DNA of 64,000 nt from Spirochaetia bacterium (GTDB taxonomy: Bacteria; Spirochaetota; Spirochaetia; CADAEX01), in assembly GCA_963662795.1 (NCBI GenBank), contig OY759746.1, positions 2,720,001 through 2,784,000 of the forward strand, read 5' to 3'. The notes under the pieces were generated by a model, which ran no database searches, was not told where the DNA came from, and worked only from the letters and a program-made list of their open reading frames with translations. Positions 28,850 to 39,332 of the stretch are shown in pieces (within the stretch, counting starts at the first letter, position 1; each line of letters opens with the position of its first letter). The translations under genes were made by a program, and so were the position numbers.

Positions 28850-31141
28850 ATGCAGGAACTTAAAACAGATAATACAAGAAAAGAGGTACTGGGAATCAAA
28901 GGCATGCACTGCGCAAGCTGTGCCGCAAATGTTGAAAGAACTGTCAGAAAAATTCCCGGCATCAGGGATATAAATGTAAATCTTACTGGTGAAAGGGCTG
29001 ATATCTGGCTTGAATCAGGAAAGGTGAGAATATCAGACATAAGGGAAGCGATTACAAAAGCCGGCTATATCCCGGTTGAGCTTGAAGATAGTGATGAAAA
29101 AGAGATAAGGAAAAACAGGGAATTGAAGGATATGGTAAAGGATTTTATCATATCAGCTGCGGCAGCCGTTCTCCTCTTTTATATTGCAATGGCACCCATG
29201 ACAGGGCTTAACCTCCCTTTTCCGTCGTTTATTGAGCCGATGACATATCCCCTTAACTACGGGATTGTCAGTTTACTCCTTGTCCTGCCTTCGCTTTATG
29301 CAGGAAGAAGGTTTTTTACTGCAGGCATTCCATCTCTTTTCAGGTTAAGCCCTAATATGGACAGCCTTGTGGCTGTAGGTGCTTCTGCCGCGATTTTATA
29401 CAGCATCGTTAATCTGGTTTTGATTGCTTCCGGAAGGACTTCTGCTGTAGAGCAGTTATACTTCGAAACTGCAGGAGTTATCATTACCCTTATTCTTCTC
29501 GGAAAAATTCTTGAGAGCAGGGCAAAAAGAAAAACAAGCCGCTCTATCAAGGCGCTGATGAATCTGACTCCGGATAGCGCGGTACGATTGGTTGATGGCA
29601 ATGAGAGGGAAACACCTGTTTCTGATCTTGAACCGGGAGACCTGATAAGGGTAAAACCCGGCGGCCGTATACCGGTTGACGGCATCATAACTGAAGGATA
29701 CAGCGCAGTTGATGAATCAATGCTTACAGGAGAAAGCCTGCCGGTTGAAAAAAATGCAGGATCAGCTGTCACAGGAGGCAGTATAAATAAAACAGGCAGT
29801 TTTATTTTCAGGGCAGAGCGTGTAGGACGTGACACTACACTCGCAAGGATTATCAGACTGGTGGAAGATGCCCAGAACAGTAAGGCTCCGATAGCGCATC
29901 TTGCCGATGAAGTTTCCGCATGGTTTGTCCCTGCCGTGATGCTTGCCGCACTGATTTCTGCGTCCGCATGGATGATTACAGGTGCGGGAATACCTTTCTC
30001 CATGACAGTTCTTACTGCCGTGCTGCTTATTGCATGTCCCTGCGCGCTTGGACTTGCCACTCCCACTGCCATAATGGTAGGCACCGGAAGGGGAGCCGAG
30101 CTTGGAATACTTGTGAAGACAGGTGAAGCACTGCAGACTGCAGCCGGCATAACTGCAGTCATTTTTGACAAGACCGGGACACTTACGGAAGGGAAACCTG
30201 TTGTTACCGACATTATACCACTCCGGATGAGTGAGGACGAATTTCTCTCTCTAATGGCATCGGCAGAGACCTCATCGGGACACCCCCTTGCAGAGGCTAT
30301 TGTCCGTAAAGCCGGCGAAAAGAAACTTGATCTTAACCCTTCGTCAGATTTTAACGCAATACCCGGCGGCGGCATCAGGGCTTCTGTCATTTCCGCCGGA
30401 GGCAGGGTTGAAGTGCTTGCCGGAACAAAAAAACTGCTTGGCAGGGAAGGAGTCAGGCTTGAATCATCAGAAGCGGAAGGTCTGTTTAAAAGAGGAGGTG
30501 AGCTTGCAGAGGATGGGAAAACTCCTATTTATATGGCCGTAAATGAAGCCGGGGAATGGATGGCCGCAGGGCTTGTCGCGATGAGCGACAGCTTAAAGCC
30601 CGGAAGCAGGGAAGCGGTAGCCGGGCTTAAAAAAATGGGAATAAAATCATATATGATAACCGGGGACAATGAAAAAGCGGCCCAGGTAATTGCGCTTGAA
30701 GCGGGAATTGAAGAAGTACGCGCGGAAGTACTGCCGGAAGACAAGGCTGCTGAAATTGTACGTCTGAGGGAACAGGGTTATATTGTTGCCATGGTAGGCG
30801 ACGGCATAAATGATGCGCCTGCCCTTGCAGCCGCGGATGTAGGCATCGCAATAGGAAGCGGCACTGATGTCGCGATCGAAAGCGCGGATATAATTCTTGT
30901 AAAAAGTGATGTGAGGGACGCTGCCGCAGCGATTATGTTATCCCGCGCTGTACTCGGCAACATAAAGCAGAATCTTTTCTGGGCATTTGCATATAATGTA
31001 CTGCTGATACCTGTAGCGGCCGGTGTTCTGACCCTTTTCGGCGGGCCGCTTTTAAATCCAATGTTTGCGGCGGGGGCAATGTCTCTCTCGTCTGTTTCAG
31101 TTGTAAGTAATGCATTAAGATTAAGGAGTTTCCGTAAATGA
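28850..31141 (+). CDS. copA: Cu(I)-translocating P1B-type ATPase
   Basis: GMHCASC metal-binding domain, TGES, CPCALG, DKTGT, HP, GDGIND, YN and M..SS motifs. Start refined to ATG 28850. Confidence 0.93.
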   Translation: MQELKTDNTRKEVLGIKGMHCASCAANVERTVRKIPGIRDINVNLTGERADIWLESGKVRISDIREAITKAGYIPVELEDSDEKEIRKNRELKDMVKDFIISAAAAVLLFYIAMAPMTGLNLPFPSFIEPMTYPLNYGIVSLLLVLPSLYAGRRFFTAGIPSLFRLSPNMDSLVAVGASAAILYSIVNLVLIASGRTSAVEQLYFETAGVIITLILLGKILESRAKRKTSRSIKALMNLTPDSAVRLVDGNERETPVSDLEPGDLIRVKPGGRIPVDGIITEGYSAVDESMLTGESLPVEKNAGSAVTGGSINKTGSFIFRAERVGRDTTLARIIRLVEDAQNSKAPIAHLADEVSAWFVPAVMLAALISASAWMITGAGIPFSMTVLTAVLLIACPCALGLATPTAIMVGTGRGAELGILVKTGEALQTAAGITAVIFDKTGTLTEGKPVVTDIIPLRMSEDEFLSLMASAETSSGHPLAEAIVRKAGEKKLDLNPSSDFNAIPGGGIRASVISAGGRVEVLAGTKKLLGREGVRLESSEAEGLFKRGGELAEDGKTPIYMAVNEAGEWMAAGLVAMSDSLKPGSREAVAGLKKMGIKSYMITGDNEKAAQVIALEAGIEEVRAEVLPEDKAAEIVRLREQGYIVAMVGDGINDAPALAAADVGIAIGSGTDVAIESADIILVKSDVRDAAAAIMLSRAVLGNIKQNLFWAFAYNVLLIPVAAGVLTLFGGPLLNPMFAAGAMSLSSVSVVSNALRLRSFRK

Positions 31142-31365
31142 AAAGGATAATATTTATGAGGCGGTGTTTGCCTTACTGAATGAAGTGACTAATGCATTAA
31201 GACTAAAGAGTTTCAAGAAATGAGGCGGAAAAGAAAAAACAGTTTTGTTTTATAGACCGAGTGTAGTTAGTAATGCTTTAAGACTAAAGAGTTTTCGCAA
31301 ATGAAAAGGAGAATATTTATGCGGAGGTTTTTGCCTTACTGAATGTGGTTACAAATGCCCTTTGA
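31100..31365 (+). repeat. Four tandem copies (~82-bp period) of the copA 3' end
   Basis: AATGC core at 31109, 31191, 31272 and 31354. Copies translate to [39 protein letters not shown] and VVTNAL*. Spacers 1 and 3 are near-identical. Confidence 0.9.
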
Positions 31366-31423
31366 AGTCAATGTGGACAGGTACAGCCTTACAGGTTAAA
31401 ATGGAGACAGACAGGAAAATAAC

Positions 31424-32665
31424 ATGTTTCCATTTTCAACACTATCGATAATATCCTCATCAATCCTGCTGGTGCTGCTATTTTATGTAATGTTCTATCA
31501 CCCCCGGTCAAGGCAGCTTTTTATCTTTATCCTCCTTACCCTCTCTACGCTGATATTAAGCGTTTCAAGCATATTTTTATATGTAGCCAAAGACCCGGAA
31601 GCAGCCTGGTTCTGGAACCGGTTTACCGCATCATCCTGGGTTCTTATTATTGGTTTGGGGATGCTTCTTGTTATATATTTATACCATGATAATGAAAGCT
31701 CTCCCCGGTATCTGATTCTGATGATAGTTGTCCCATCACTTTTTTTTCTCTACCGCGGGGTTACTGATGGTACAATGGCCAGCGAGTACCTTCCTGGCCC
31801 TTATGGATATTATCCTGTCTACCCTTTAAATTCTCCATGGCTTTATCTTTACATCCTTTATTGTATCCAGTTTATCGTATTCAACTATTATTACCTGATA
31901 AGAAAATACCGCAATTCCAAAAAGCAGAGAATACGCACTCAGGCCCTGATCTACATGGCAGCAGTGTCGGTACCGGTTTTATTCGCATCTTTTTTCGAGA
32001 TCCTGTTTCCATTATTCCGTTTGACAAGATTACCTCCACTTGGACACTTTTTTCTCCTTCCCTATCTTGTGATTGTTCTGTTTTCAATAACGAGATACAG
32101 GCTGATGATGATAAATGTCCCTTTTACGGCAGATATCATTCTTAAAAACATAAACAACCTGGTTGCCCTTTTCGATGAGAAGGGGAATTTTGTATCCATG
32201 AATGAAAGCGGCCTTGATATCCTTGGGTACGATGACACCTGCAGCGAACAGTGCTGCTTCTACAGCCTTTTCCTCGGGAGGGAAAAAGTATGGGATATGA
32301 TTGACAAAAACAGTAAAGACAGCCATTCCGTAATCAATCAGGTTCTTTACCTGAGGGGCTGCAGTGGAATTGCGGTTCCCATGAATGTTTCAATAAAAAT
32401 TATATTTGACGAGTTTGGCGATCATATAGGTTACATAGTAACAGGCAGCAGGCTTGATATGCTGGACAATGCAATGAAGAGGTTTGGTATAACAGAGCGC
32501 GAAAAGACAATTTTGATGCTTCTGCTGCAGGGACTTGAGTATGCTGATATAGCAGAAAAACTTTACATATCCCAATTAACTGTAAAAACCCACATCCACA
32601 ATATCTATGAGAAAACCGGAGCAAAAAACCGCTCACAGCTTATTAGAATATGTTTTATCCATTGA
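31424..32665 (+). CDS. Membrane-bound one-component regulator: 7TM sensor, PAS and LuxR HTH
   Basis: About 7 hydrophobic helices, a PAS-like segment, and C-terminal ITERE...IAEKLYISQLTVKTHIHNIYEK. Confidence 0.85.
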   Translation: MFPFSTLSIISSSILLVLLFYVMFYHPRSRQLFIFILLTLSTLILSVSSIFLYVAKDPEAAWFWNRFTASSWVLIIGLGMLLVIYLYHDNESSPRYLILMIVVPSLFFLYRGVTDGTMASEYLPGPYGYYPVYPLNSPWLYLYILYCIQFIVFNYYYLIRKYRNSKKQRIRTQALIYMAAVSVPVLFASFFEILFPLFRLTRLPPLGHFFLLPYLVIVLFSITRYRLMMINVPFTADIILKNINNLVALFDEKGNFVSMNESGLDILGYDDTCSEQCCFYSLFLGREKVWDMIDKNSKDSHSVINQVLYLRGCSGIAVPMNVSIKIIFDEFGDHIGYIVTGSRLDMLDNAMKRFGITEREKTILMLLLQGLEYADIAEKLYISQLTVKTHIHNIYEKTGAKNRSQLIRICFIH

Positions 32666-32895
32666 TGAACTCAGAATAATAGTTTCAGGTAGGCTGGTTA
32701 CAGCAAAAAATCCATGCATTGGTAAATTATCCCCGCTCAAACCCGTAAAATAAAATAACTCTGTATCTTTTTCTCTCAAAATACTCCGTATGGTCTATGT
32801 CCGATATCCTTCTTAATTCCTATGTTTTAAGTAGGCTTTAAGGAAAATCTATACCCCTTAAAAAGGTGGAAAGCATATAGATGGAGGAGTAATTT

Positions 32896-33951
32896 ATGAA
32901 AAATATAATAAAAAAAACAACTATTTTAATATCTCTGATAACTGCTGCGCTGATAATATTTACAGCCTGCGATATTGCAGGGAGCAGTTCATCATCATCA
33001 TCCTCAGCACCAGATGGGGATGTCCGGTCTATGACAGCCTTTACCATGGTAAATGTACCTGGAGGCCTCACTTTTCCGGCCAACCTGTTTGACAACATCA
33101 TTGAAAACGTAGCAAATGCTTACGCGATGGGGGAGACAGAGGTAACATACGAGCTCTGGAGCGAGGTTTATGACTGGGCAACAGCCGGCAGTGGTGATCC
33201 GGGTGCGGGAACATACACCTTTGCAAATTCAGGATCCCAGGGGGGAGATTTTATAGGGAGCGGACCGATTGGGACCAATCAGCACCCTGTAACCAGGATA
33301 AGCTGGAGGGATGCCATGATATGGATGAACGCCCTGACCGAATACTACAATGCTGTCCATGCTACTGCTTTAACTCCTGTCTACTATACAGATGCAGCTT
33401 TTTCTGTTCTGCAAAGAACTGTAACCGATTCAACTACAACAACGGAAGGGGTACCGGGAAGCCAGGATGCACCCTACGTCAAGCCTGGCGCCGACGGTTT
33501 TCGCCTTCCGACACAGCCTGAATGGGAGCTTGCAGCCCGGTATATCAATGATTCAAACAGCGATGGAGACATAATGGACGCGGGGGAGTTTTATCCCGGA
33601 GTTTTTGCAAGCGGGGCAGATGCCGCATACAACGTGACAGCCTCATCCGATTATGACGGTGACGGTGATATCGATAATACGGCAGATGTAGCGCTTCATG
33701 GAGCCGCCGGAGTTAACTCTACTATATCTGTTAAAGGTTTAAGCCCCAATGCCCTCGGGCTATATGATCTGAGCGGCAATGTCTCTGAATGGAGCTTTGA
33801 TGCCCATGGCGCCAATCCTGAAAACCGTATGAACCTCGGGAGCAGCTGGAGCTATTCCGCACAAATACTTCAGATAGGAACGTTTCTCAACAACAAGCCT
33901 TATCTGGCAGACGGCTCAATAGGTCTCCGTCCGGTAAGGAGTCTTGAATAA
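32896..33951 (+). CDS. Lipoprotein with FGE-sulfatase (SUMF1/CLec-fold) domain
   Basis: FTAC lipobox and Ser linker; ETEVTYELW, HPV..ISW.DA, FRLPT..EWE.AAR and NALGLYDLSGNVSEW motifs. Confidence 0.88.
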   Translation: MKNIIKKTTILISLITAALIIFTACDIAGSSSSSSSSAPDGDVRSMTAFTMVNVPGGLTFPANLFDNIIENVANAYAMGETEVTYELWSEVYDWATAGSGDPGAGTYTFANSGSQGGDFIGSGPIGTNQHPVTRISWRDAMIWMNALTEYYNAVHATALTPVYYTDAAFSVLQRTVTDSTTTTEGVPGSQDAPYVKPGADGFRLPTQPEWELAARYINDSNSDGDIMDAGEFYPGVFASGADAAYNVTASSDYDGDGDIDNTADVALHGAAGVNSTISVKGLSPNALGLYDLSGNVSEWSFDAHGANPENRMNLGSSWSYSAQILQIGTFLNNKPYLADGSIGLRPVRSLE

Positions 33952-33993
33952 TAAAATCCCGAACGGATAAGCCAGATTTCGAAGGAGAAAATT

Positions 33994-35046
33994 ATGAAGA
34001 TTTATAAAGAAAAAATAATAGTTATTCTGACATTGTCAATATTAACGATAATTCTGTCATCAGCCTGCGATCTGGGCGGAGGCGGAGGAGGCGATGAGCA
34101 GGCAGTCGATCTTACCGATCCTGACAGAATTTCCGCAGCCCCGGTTATTTCGCCTGAATCGGGTGAGCATTATCTTATAAGCGGGAATCAATTATTGATT
34201 ACTCTTGATGTGTCGGTTCCGGGAGCAGATATATTCTATACAACAGACGGCTTGGAGCCGACGAAGGATTCAACCCCCTACACGGCTCCTTTTCCCATCA
34301 GCGGCTCAAGCATGGTCCGCTCCATTGCTTATGAGGCAGGGAAAGAGGCGAGTGCCGTAACCGAAGCAGTGTTCACCATAATGGCGGCATCAGGGACTGC
34401 GGAAGCCCCTGTAATAAGCCCATCCGGAAGCGAACTCAATAATCCGGCAGAAATAACCATGTCAAGCGCGACGCCGGGTGCATCAATTTACTACACTACC
34501 GACGGCAGCGCACCCTCTGCCCTCTCGACACCATACACAGGCCCATTCACCATAGACGCTCCGGTTGAAAAAGTGAGAGCTGTTGCGGTAAAGACGGGAG
34601 AGGAACGCAGTTATGCACTTGAAAACTACAGTTTTGTCGCATCCGGCCCAACTGTAACCAGGAAGAGTCAATGGGACGGCGGTCACACCAGTATGAACTA
34701 CATAGTGACGGACGGAGGTGTCTTCAGTGCAGGGTATTATGAAGAGCCCGATCGGGGAACTAAACTTATAGCAACAACAGCTACAGCTGGTGGTGAAATT
34801 CGCTACACTATTGACGGAAGTACTCCCTCAGAATCATCAATTCTCCACACGGGGCAGCCGGTTGTGTGGTGGGAGAGGGCCGACACATCCGCCCCATATT
34901 ATCTTTATATCGCAGGAGAGAAGGTTACCGCGTCTGTAACCTTATCGACAGGGATGAAGATCCGGGTTTTCAGGGAGGGATATCTCCCCAGTCCTGTATT
35001 TACCATGGGGTTTTCAAAGGAAGCCCCGATACCTCGTCCGGATTAA
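33994..35046 (+). CDS. Lipoprotein with three chitobiase C-terminal/Fn3-associated domains
   Basis: SSAC lipobox and Gly linker; three I.YT.DG..P repeats. Confidence 0.8.
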   Translation: MKIYKEKIIVILTLSILTIILSSACDLGGGGGGDEQAVDLTDPDRISAAPVISPESGEHYLISGNQLLITLDVSVPGADIFYTTDGLEPTKDSTPYTAPFPISGSSMVRSIAYEAGKEASAVTEAVFTIMAASGTAEAPVISPSGSELNNPAEITMSSATPGASIYYTTDGSAPSALSTPYTGPFTIDAPVEKVRAVAVKTGEERSYALENYSFVASGPTVTRKSQWDGGHTSMNYIVTDGGVFSAGYYEEPDRGTKLIATTATAGGEIRYTIDGSTPSESSILHTGQPVVWWERADTSAPYYLYIAGEKVTASVTLSTGMKIRVFREGYLPSPVFTMGFSKEAPIPRPD

Positions 35047-35180
35047 AACCTGTGAGGGTGCGGCTTCCGGCAGATTGATTACAGATGGGGAAAAAATATA
35101 TTGACTGTATGGGGTTTTAATCTTAATATACTACCAAGTTAGTCTGAATTAGTATGTATGAAAAATAAGGAGGCCGCAAT

Positions 35181-36476
35181 ATGGCAGATAAAAAATACAG
35201 GTTTGAAACATTATCCCTCCATGCAGGGCAGGTGCCGGACAGCAGTCTGTCGAGAGCTGTCCCTGTTCACAGGACAAGTTCATATCTGTTTAAAAATACT
35301 CAGCATGCTGCAAACCTTTTTGATTTAAAGGAACCTGGAAATATATATACCCGTCTGGGCGGCCCTACACAGGATGCGCTTGAACAGCGCATAACTGCCC
35401 TCGAAGGTGGAGTCGCATCAGTTGCCCTTGCCTCAGGCACTAGCGCAGTCAACTACGCAGTTGTTACAATTGCAAAACAGGGGGATGAGATAGTTTCCGC
35501 AAATAACCTTTACGGCGGAACATATACAATGTTTGATACGATTCTTCCCAATTTCGGAATCAGGACAAATTTTGTAGATCCGAAAAATCCTGATAATTTT
35601 GAGAAAGCAATAACGCCCAAAACAAAGATTGTCTATGTTGAAACAATGGGAAATCCTGTTCTTGATTTTACAGATATAAAAGCAGTTGCAGACATAGCCC
35701 ATTCGCATAATATCCCCCTTGTGGTGGATGCTACATTTACAACCCCGTATCTCCTTCAGTCAATTGAACATGGAGCAGATATTGTAATTAACTCTCTTAC
35801 AAAATGGATTGGAGGACACGGCACTGCTATCGGAGGAATAGTAACTGATTCAGGCAGGTTTGACTGGAAGAAGGGGAATTTCCCGATGTTCAGCGAACCT
35901 GACCCCAACTACCACGGACTTAAGTGGGCCTATGACCTTCCGCCGCAGCTTGCCCCTGCAGCATTCGCTCTCCGGCTCCGGACAGTCCCGTTAAGAAACC
36001 TGGGCGCGGCAATATCTCCGGATAATGCATGGCTTTTTATTCAGGGGGCGGAAACACTGTCTCTCCGCATGCAGAGGCATTGTGAAAACGCAATGAAAGC
36101 CGCGGAATTCCTCTCAAGGGATAAAAGGGTAGAGTGGGTAAGGTATCCCGGTCTGCCGGGTGATCCGTCGCATCAGACCGCGAAGAAATACCTTGAAAAA
36201 GGATTCGGAGGGATGGTTGTGTTCGGCATAAAAGAGGGATATCAGGCAGCGGTAAAGTTTATAGACAACATAAAGCTCTTCTCTCATCTCGCTAATGTGG
36301 GTGACGCGAAAAGCCTTGTCCTTCATCCGGCATCAACTTCCCATTCACAGCTGACAGAAGAGCAGCAGAGGTCCGGAGGACTTACACCCGATCTGATCCG
36401 GCTTTCAATCGGGCTTGAGCATATAGACGATATTCTCGAAGCGCTTGATGAAGGACTTGAAGCTTCCCGGAAATAA
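35181..36476 (+). CDS. metY: O-acetylhomoserine aminocarboxypropyltransferase (sulfhydrylase)
   Basis: LHAGQ, IYTRL, SLTKWIGGHG (PLP lysine) and HLANVGDAKSL..HPASTSH motifs. Confidence 0.92.
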   Translation: MADKKYRFETLSLHAGQVPDSSLSRAVPVHRTSSYLFKNTQHAANLFDLKEPGNIYTRLGGPTQDALEQRITALEGGVASVALASGTSAVNYAVVTIAKQGDEIVSANNLYGGTYTMFDTILPNFGIRTNFVDPKNPDNFEKAITPKTKIVYVETMGNPVLDFTDIKAVADIAHSHNIPLVVDATFTTPYLLQSIEHGADIVINSLTKWIGGHGTAIGGIVTDSGRFDWKKGNFPMFSEPDPNYHGLKWAYDLPPQLAPAAFALRLRTVPLRNLGAAISPDNAWLFIQGAETLSLRMQRHCENAMKAAEFLSRDKRVEWVRYPGLPGDPSHQTAKKYLEKGFGGMVVFGIKEGYQAAVKFIDNIKLFSHLANVGDAKSLVLHPASTSHSQLTEEQQRSGGLTPDLIRLSIGLEHIDDILEALDEGLEASRK

Positions 36477-36505
36477 GGGGAGCGTCCGGAAATCAAGTAA
36501 TGGAT

Positions 36506-37237
36506 TTATAAAAAAAGCCTTTTCCCAAGCTCCCACACCATAGGAATAAATGTGGCCGGCAGCATGTTGGCTACATTTATTTTTTTTATTCCAAGAAGGT
36601 TAAGCCCTATGCAGAAAATGAGGGCTGAGCCTGTCATAGACATCTGGATAAGCACCTGATCTGTTACAAGCGGCCTGATAAATGTTGCGGCGGCAGTAAT
36701 TGCGCCCTGATAGACAATAACTGTAACAGCAGACAGCATGACTCCCGCCCCGTAGGCTGATGCGAAAATTATTGAGGCAATGCCGTCAAGAAAAGATTTT
36801 GCAAAGAGTGTTGCGGGGTTTCCCATCAGTCCGTCTTCAAGCGCTCCCACAACTGCCATTGCTCCCACACAGAACAGGATGCTTGCTCCGATAAACCCTT
36901 CTGTAAAATGGGAATCTCCAGATTTCGATAATTTAGTCCTCGCATAATTTCCTACCGCGTCAAATCCTTTGTCAATTTTGAGGAACTCTCCTATTACTGA
37001 GCCGATTACAATGGAAATGATCAGCATCATGATATCTGCCCTGTCAAGCATGCCGTCAGGTTTAACGCGGTATACTCCGGCAAGTGTTCCCGAGATACCT
37101 ATAAAGATTACAGCTATCCCCAGGCCGTCAGTAATTATGTTTTTTATTCTGTCAGGAAAACCTTTTCGTAAAAAAAGTCCAATAATGCATCCGGCAACTA
37201 CAGCCAGAGCATTAACCAGTGTACCAATGCCGGTCAT
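36506..37237 (-). CDS. DUF554 family membrane protein
   Basis: GTLVN, FCVGAMAVVGAL, AKS.LDG, YQG.IT and ANMLP motifs. Confidence 0.85.
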   Translation of the reverse strand: MTGIGTLVNALAVVAGCIIGLFLRKGFPDRIKNIITDGLGIAVIFIGISGTLAGVYRVKPDGMLDRADIMMLIISIVIGSVIGEFLKIDKGFDAVGNYARTKLSKSGDSHFTEGFIGASILFCVGAMAVVGALEDGLMGNPATLFAKSFLDGIASIIFASAYGAGVMLSAVTVIVYQGAITAAATFIRPLVTDQVLIQMSMTGSALIFCIGLNLLGIKKINVANMLPATFIPMVWELGKRLFL

Positions 37238-37328
37238 ATTTTCTCCAGTATTAAAAAAACTACAAAAACAATATTAAACCCTGAAATCGGGAAAGAAATC
37301 AAGGCGGAATTGTTTTATAATAATTATT

Positions 37329-37736
37329 ATGTACAGAATAGCGGCAGATTGTATATTGATCGTACACTCGCTTATTGTTTTTTTTATCATCGGCGGATTT
37401 CTTGTAATCATGGCCGGCATTATCCTCAGGAAAAGATTTGTCCGGAGGTTCTGGTTCCGTTTTATCCATCTGCTTGCGATTATCTATATTATTGCTGAAA
37501 CCTGGATCGGCAGACTGTGCCCGCTAACCGATCTTGAGGGTTTTTTTCGCAGTAAAAGCGGAATGAAATCCTATTCAGGGACATTCATCAGCCATTGGCT
37601 TCAAAAGCTCATTTATTACGATTTTGATCTTATCGTATTTCAGACTGCATATACAGCCTTCGGCATACTTGTTCTGCTCCAGTGGATTATAAGACCGCCT
37701 GATTCTCCTTTCAGGAGAGACACCGGAATAAAATAA
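37329..37736 (+). CDS. DUF2784 family membrane protein
   Basis: AD....H, CPLT.LE and FI.HWL..LIY motifs. Confidence 0.8.
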   Translation: MYRIAADCILIVHSLIVFFIIGGFLVIMAGIILRKRFVRRFWFRFIHLLAIIYIIAETWIGRLCPLTDLEGFFRSKSGMKSYSGTFISHWLQKLIYYDFDLIVFQTAYTAFGILVLLQWIIRPPDSPFRRDTGIK

Positions 37737-37796
37737 TTTCCACTCTTAAGTATTATTAGTTTGCTGAATATGCATGTTTTACATTATATTAATCCT

Positions 37797-38855
37797 ATGA
37801 AGAAATTACACTCGGAATTTAATTTAAAGAATTTAACTCTTAGAAACAGGATTGTAATGCCGCCGATGTGCATGTACTCATCAGATGAAAGCGGTGATGC
37901 CAAAGAAGAATGGCACCTGAATCATTACGAGACACGCTCTGTAGGTGGTGCCGGCCTTATTATTGTTGAAGCGACAGCAGTTGAAAGCCGCGGTCGGATA
38001 TCAGCCCGGGATCTTGGAATATGGGATGACTCTCATATAAAAGGATTGTCAGAAATAGTAAAAAGGGTCAAAAGGCATGGCGCCGCAGCAGGAATTCAGC
38101 TTGCCCATGCCGGGAGAAAATGCACGGTAAATCATGAAGACATAATAGCGCCGTCACCGATTAATTTTGATCCGGCAGATACCTCTTATTCAAATCCCAG
38201 AGAAATGGATGAAAAAGATATTAAATATGTCATCAATTCGTTCAAAAAAGGGGCTCAGAGGGCGCTTGAGGCCGGTTTTGATATTATTGAGATTCACGGA
38301 GCTCACGGATACCTTATAAACGAATTTCTTTCCCCTGTCACAAACAGGAGAAATGATGCATCGCCTTATGGCGGTGCATACGGCGGAAGCGCTGAAAACA
38401 GGGTCCGATTCCTGCTTGAAATAACAAGGGAAGTAAGGAAGGTCTGGCCGGAGGAAAAACCGGTATCGCTCCGTATTTCTGCAAAAGATTATATGGAAGG
38501 GGGTAATGAACCGGAAGACCTTGCAGAGATGATTAATCTTGTGAAAAATGAGGGGATAGATATTGTTCATGTAAGTTCAGGCGGTGTAGATGCGAAAGCA
38601 GTTCTTCATCCTTTTCACGGCTATCAGATTCCGGCTGCCAAGATAATCAGAAGGGAAACAGGGCTTCCTGTTATTGCCGGCGGGCTTGTAACAGATTCTT
38701 CAATGGCGCAGGAGATAATCAGAAACGGAAGGGCGGACCTTGTTTTTTTAGGAAGGGAGCTGCTTAGAAATCCTTATTTCCCTCTGCAGGCGGCAAAAGA
38801 GCTGCGCAGCGAAATTAATTACAGGCCGGTGCAGTACGAAAGGGCATATTTGTGA
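37797..38855 (+). CDS. namA: NADPH dehydrogenase, Old Yellow Enzyme (YqjM/NamA type)
   Basis: NRIVMPPMCMYS, QLAHAGRK, HGAHGYL..EFLSP, GRELLRNP and PVQYERA motifs. Confidence 0.88.
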   Translation: MKKLHSEFNLKNLTLRNRIVMPPMCMYSSDESGDAKEEWHLNHYETRSVGGAGLIIVEATAVESRGRISARDLGIWDDSHIKGLSEIVKRVKRHGAAAGIQLAHAGRKCTVNHEDIIAPSPINFDPADTSYSNPREMDEKDIKYVINSFKKGAQRALEAGFDIIEIHGAHGYLINEFLSPVTNRRNDASPYGGAYGGSAENRVRFLLEITREVRKVWPEEKPVSLRISAKDYMEGGNEPEDLAEMINLVKNEGIDIVHVSSGGVDAKAVLHPFHGYQIPAAKIIRRETGLPVIAGGLVTDSSMAQEIIRNGRADLVFLGRELLRNPYFPLQAAKELRSEINYRPVQYERAYL

Positions 38856-38889
38856 TAAAACATGTATAATTAATAACAGGAGAAGCATT

Positions 38890-39327
38890 ATGGAGAAAAT
38901 ATTTTCAAAAAAACCCGGTCTCAAAGCAGGCGATAACATTACTATTCAGAAAAAAGTGACAGAAGAAGATACTGCATTAAAATACGGTTCAGGAAAGCTT
39001 AAGGATCTTCTTGCAACTCCTAGTCTTGTCGCTCTTATGATCGAAGGGTCTGTTCAGTTGCTCGATTCAAAACTATCTGATGGTTTTATATCGGTTGGCA
39101 AGCAGACCTATGTTGTTCATGAAAAACCGACTATAATCGGTGAAACTGTCAGCATAACTGTGGAAATAACTGAAATTGAAAACAACCGCTTTCATCTTAA
39201 AATGACAGCTTATGATGAGTCGGGTGTAATCGGATTCGGCAAGCATACAAGAACGATTGTCAATGAAAAATGGCTGATGCTTAAAATCCAGAAACAGAAA
39301 AAAAATCTGGTTAGCATGAATTATTAG
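38890..39327 (+). CDS. FlK-like hotdog-fold thioesterase
   Basis: DTA..YGSG, LATP.LVALM and H..PT motifs. Confidence 0.8.
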   Translation: MEKIFSKKPGLKAGDNITIQKKVTEEDTALKYGSGKLKDLLATPSLVALMIEGSVQLLDSKLSDGFISVGKQTYVVHEKPTIIGETVSITVEITEIENNRFHLKMTAYDESGVIGFGKHTRTIVNEKWLMLKIQKQKKNLVSMNY

Positions 39328-39332
39328 GAGTT

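Noticed and set aside
29296-30390. 364-aa antisense ORF in copA, and similar antisense ORFs in deaD, the carboxylase, the ABC genes and smc
   Set aside because: Antisense or alternate-frame shadows of well-supported genes, with no independent motifs.
31100-31365. copA-end array as a CRISPR array
   Set aside because: The repeats are divergent, non-palindromic and derived from coding sequence; spacers 1 and 3 are near-identical; no cas genes are present.
32896-33951. Diversity-generating retroelement targeting the FGE-sulfatase lipoprotein or the DUF1566-like remnant
   Set aside because: These folds are known DGR targets, but no reverse transcriptase or AAY-rich template repeat is seen in the window. 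A remote DGR cannot be excluded.
35047-35180. SAM riboswitch or T-box upstream of metY
   Set aside because: The leader after the TTGACT promoter-like sequence is too short and has no recognisable aptamer or terminator.
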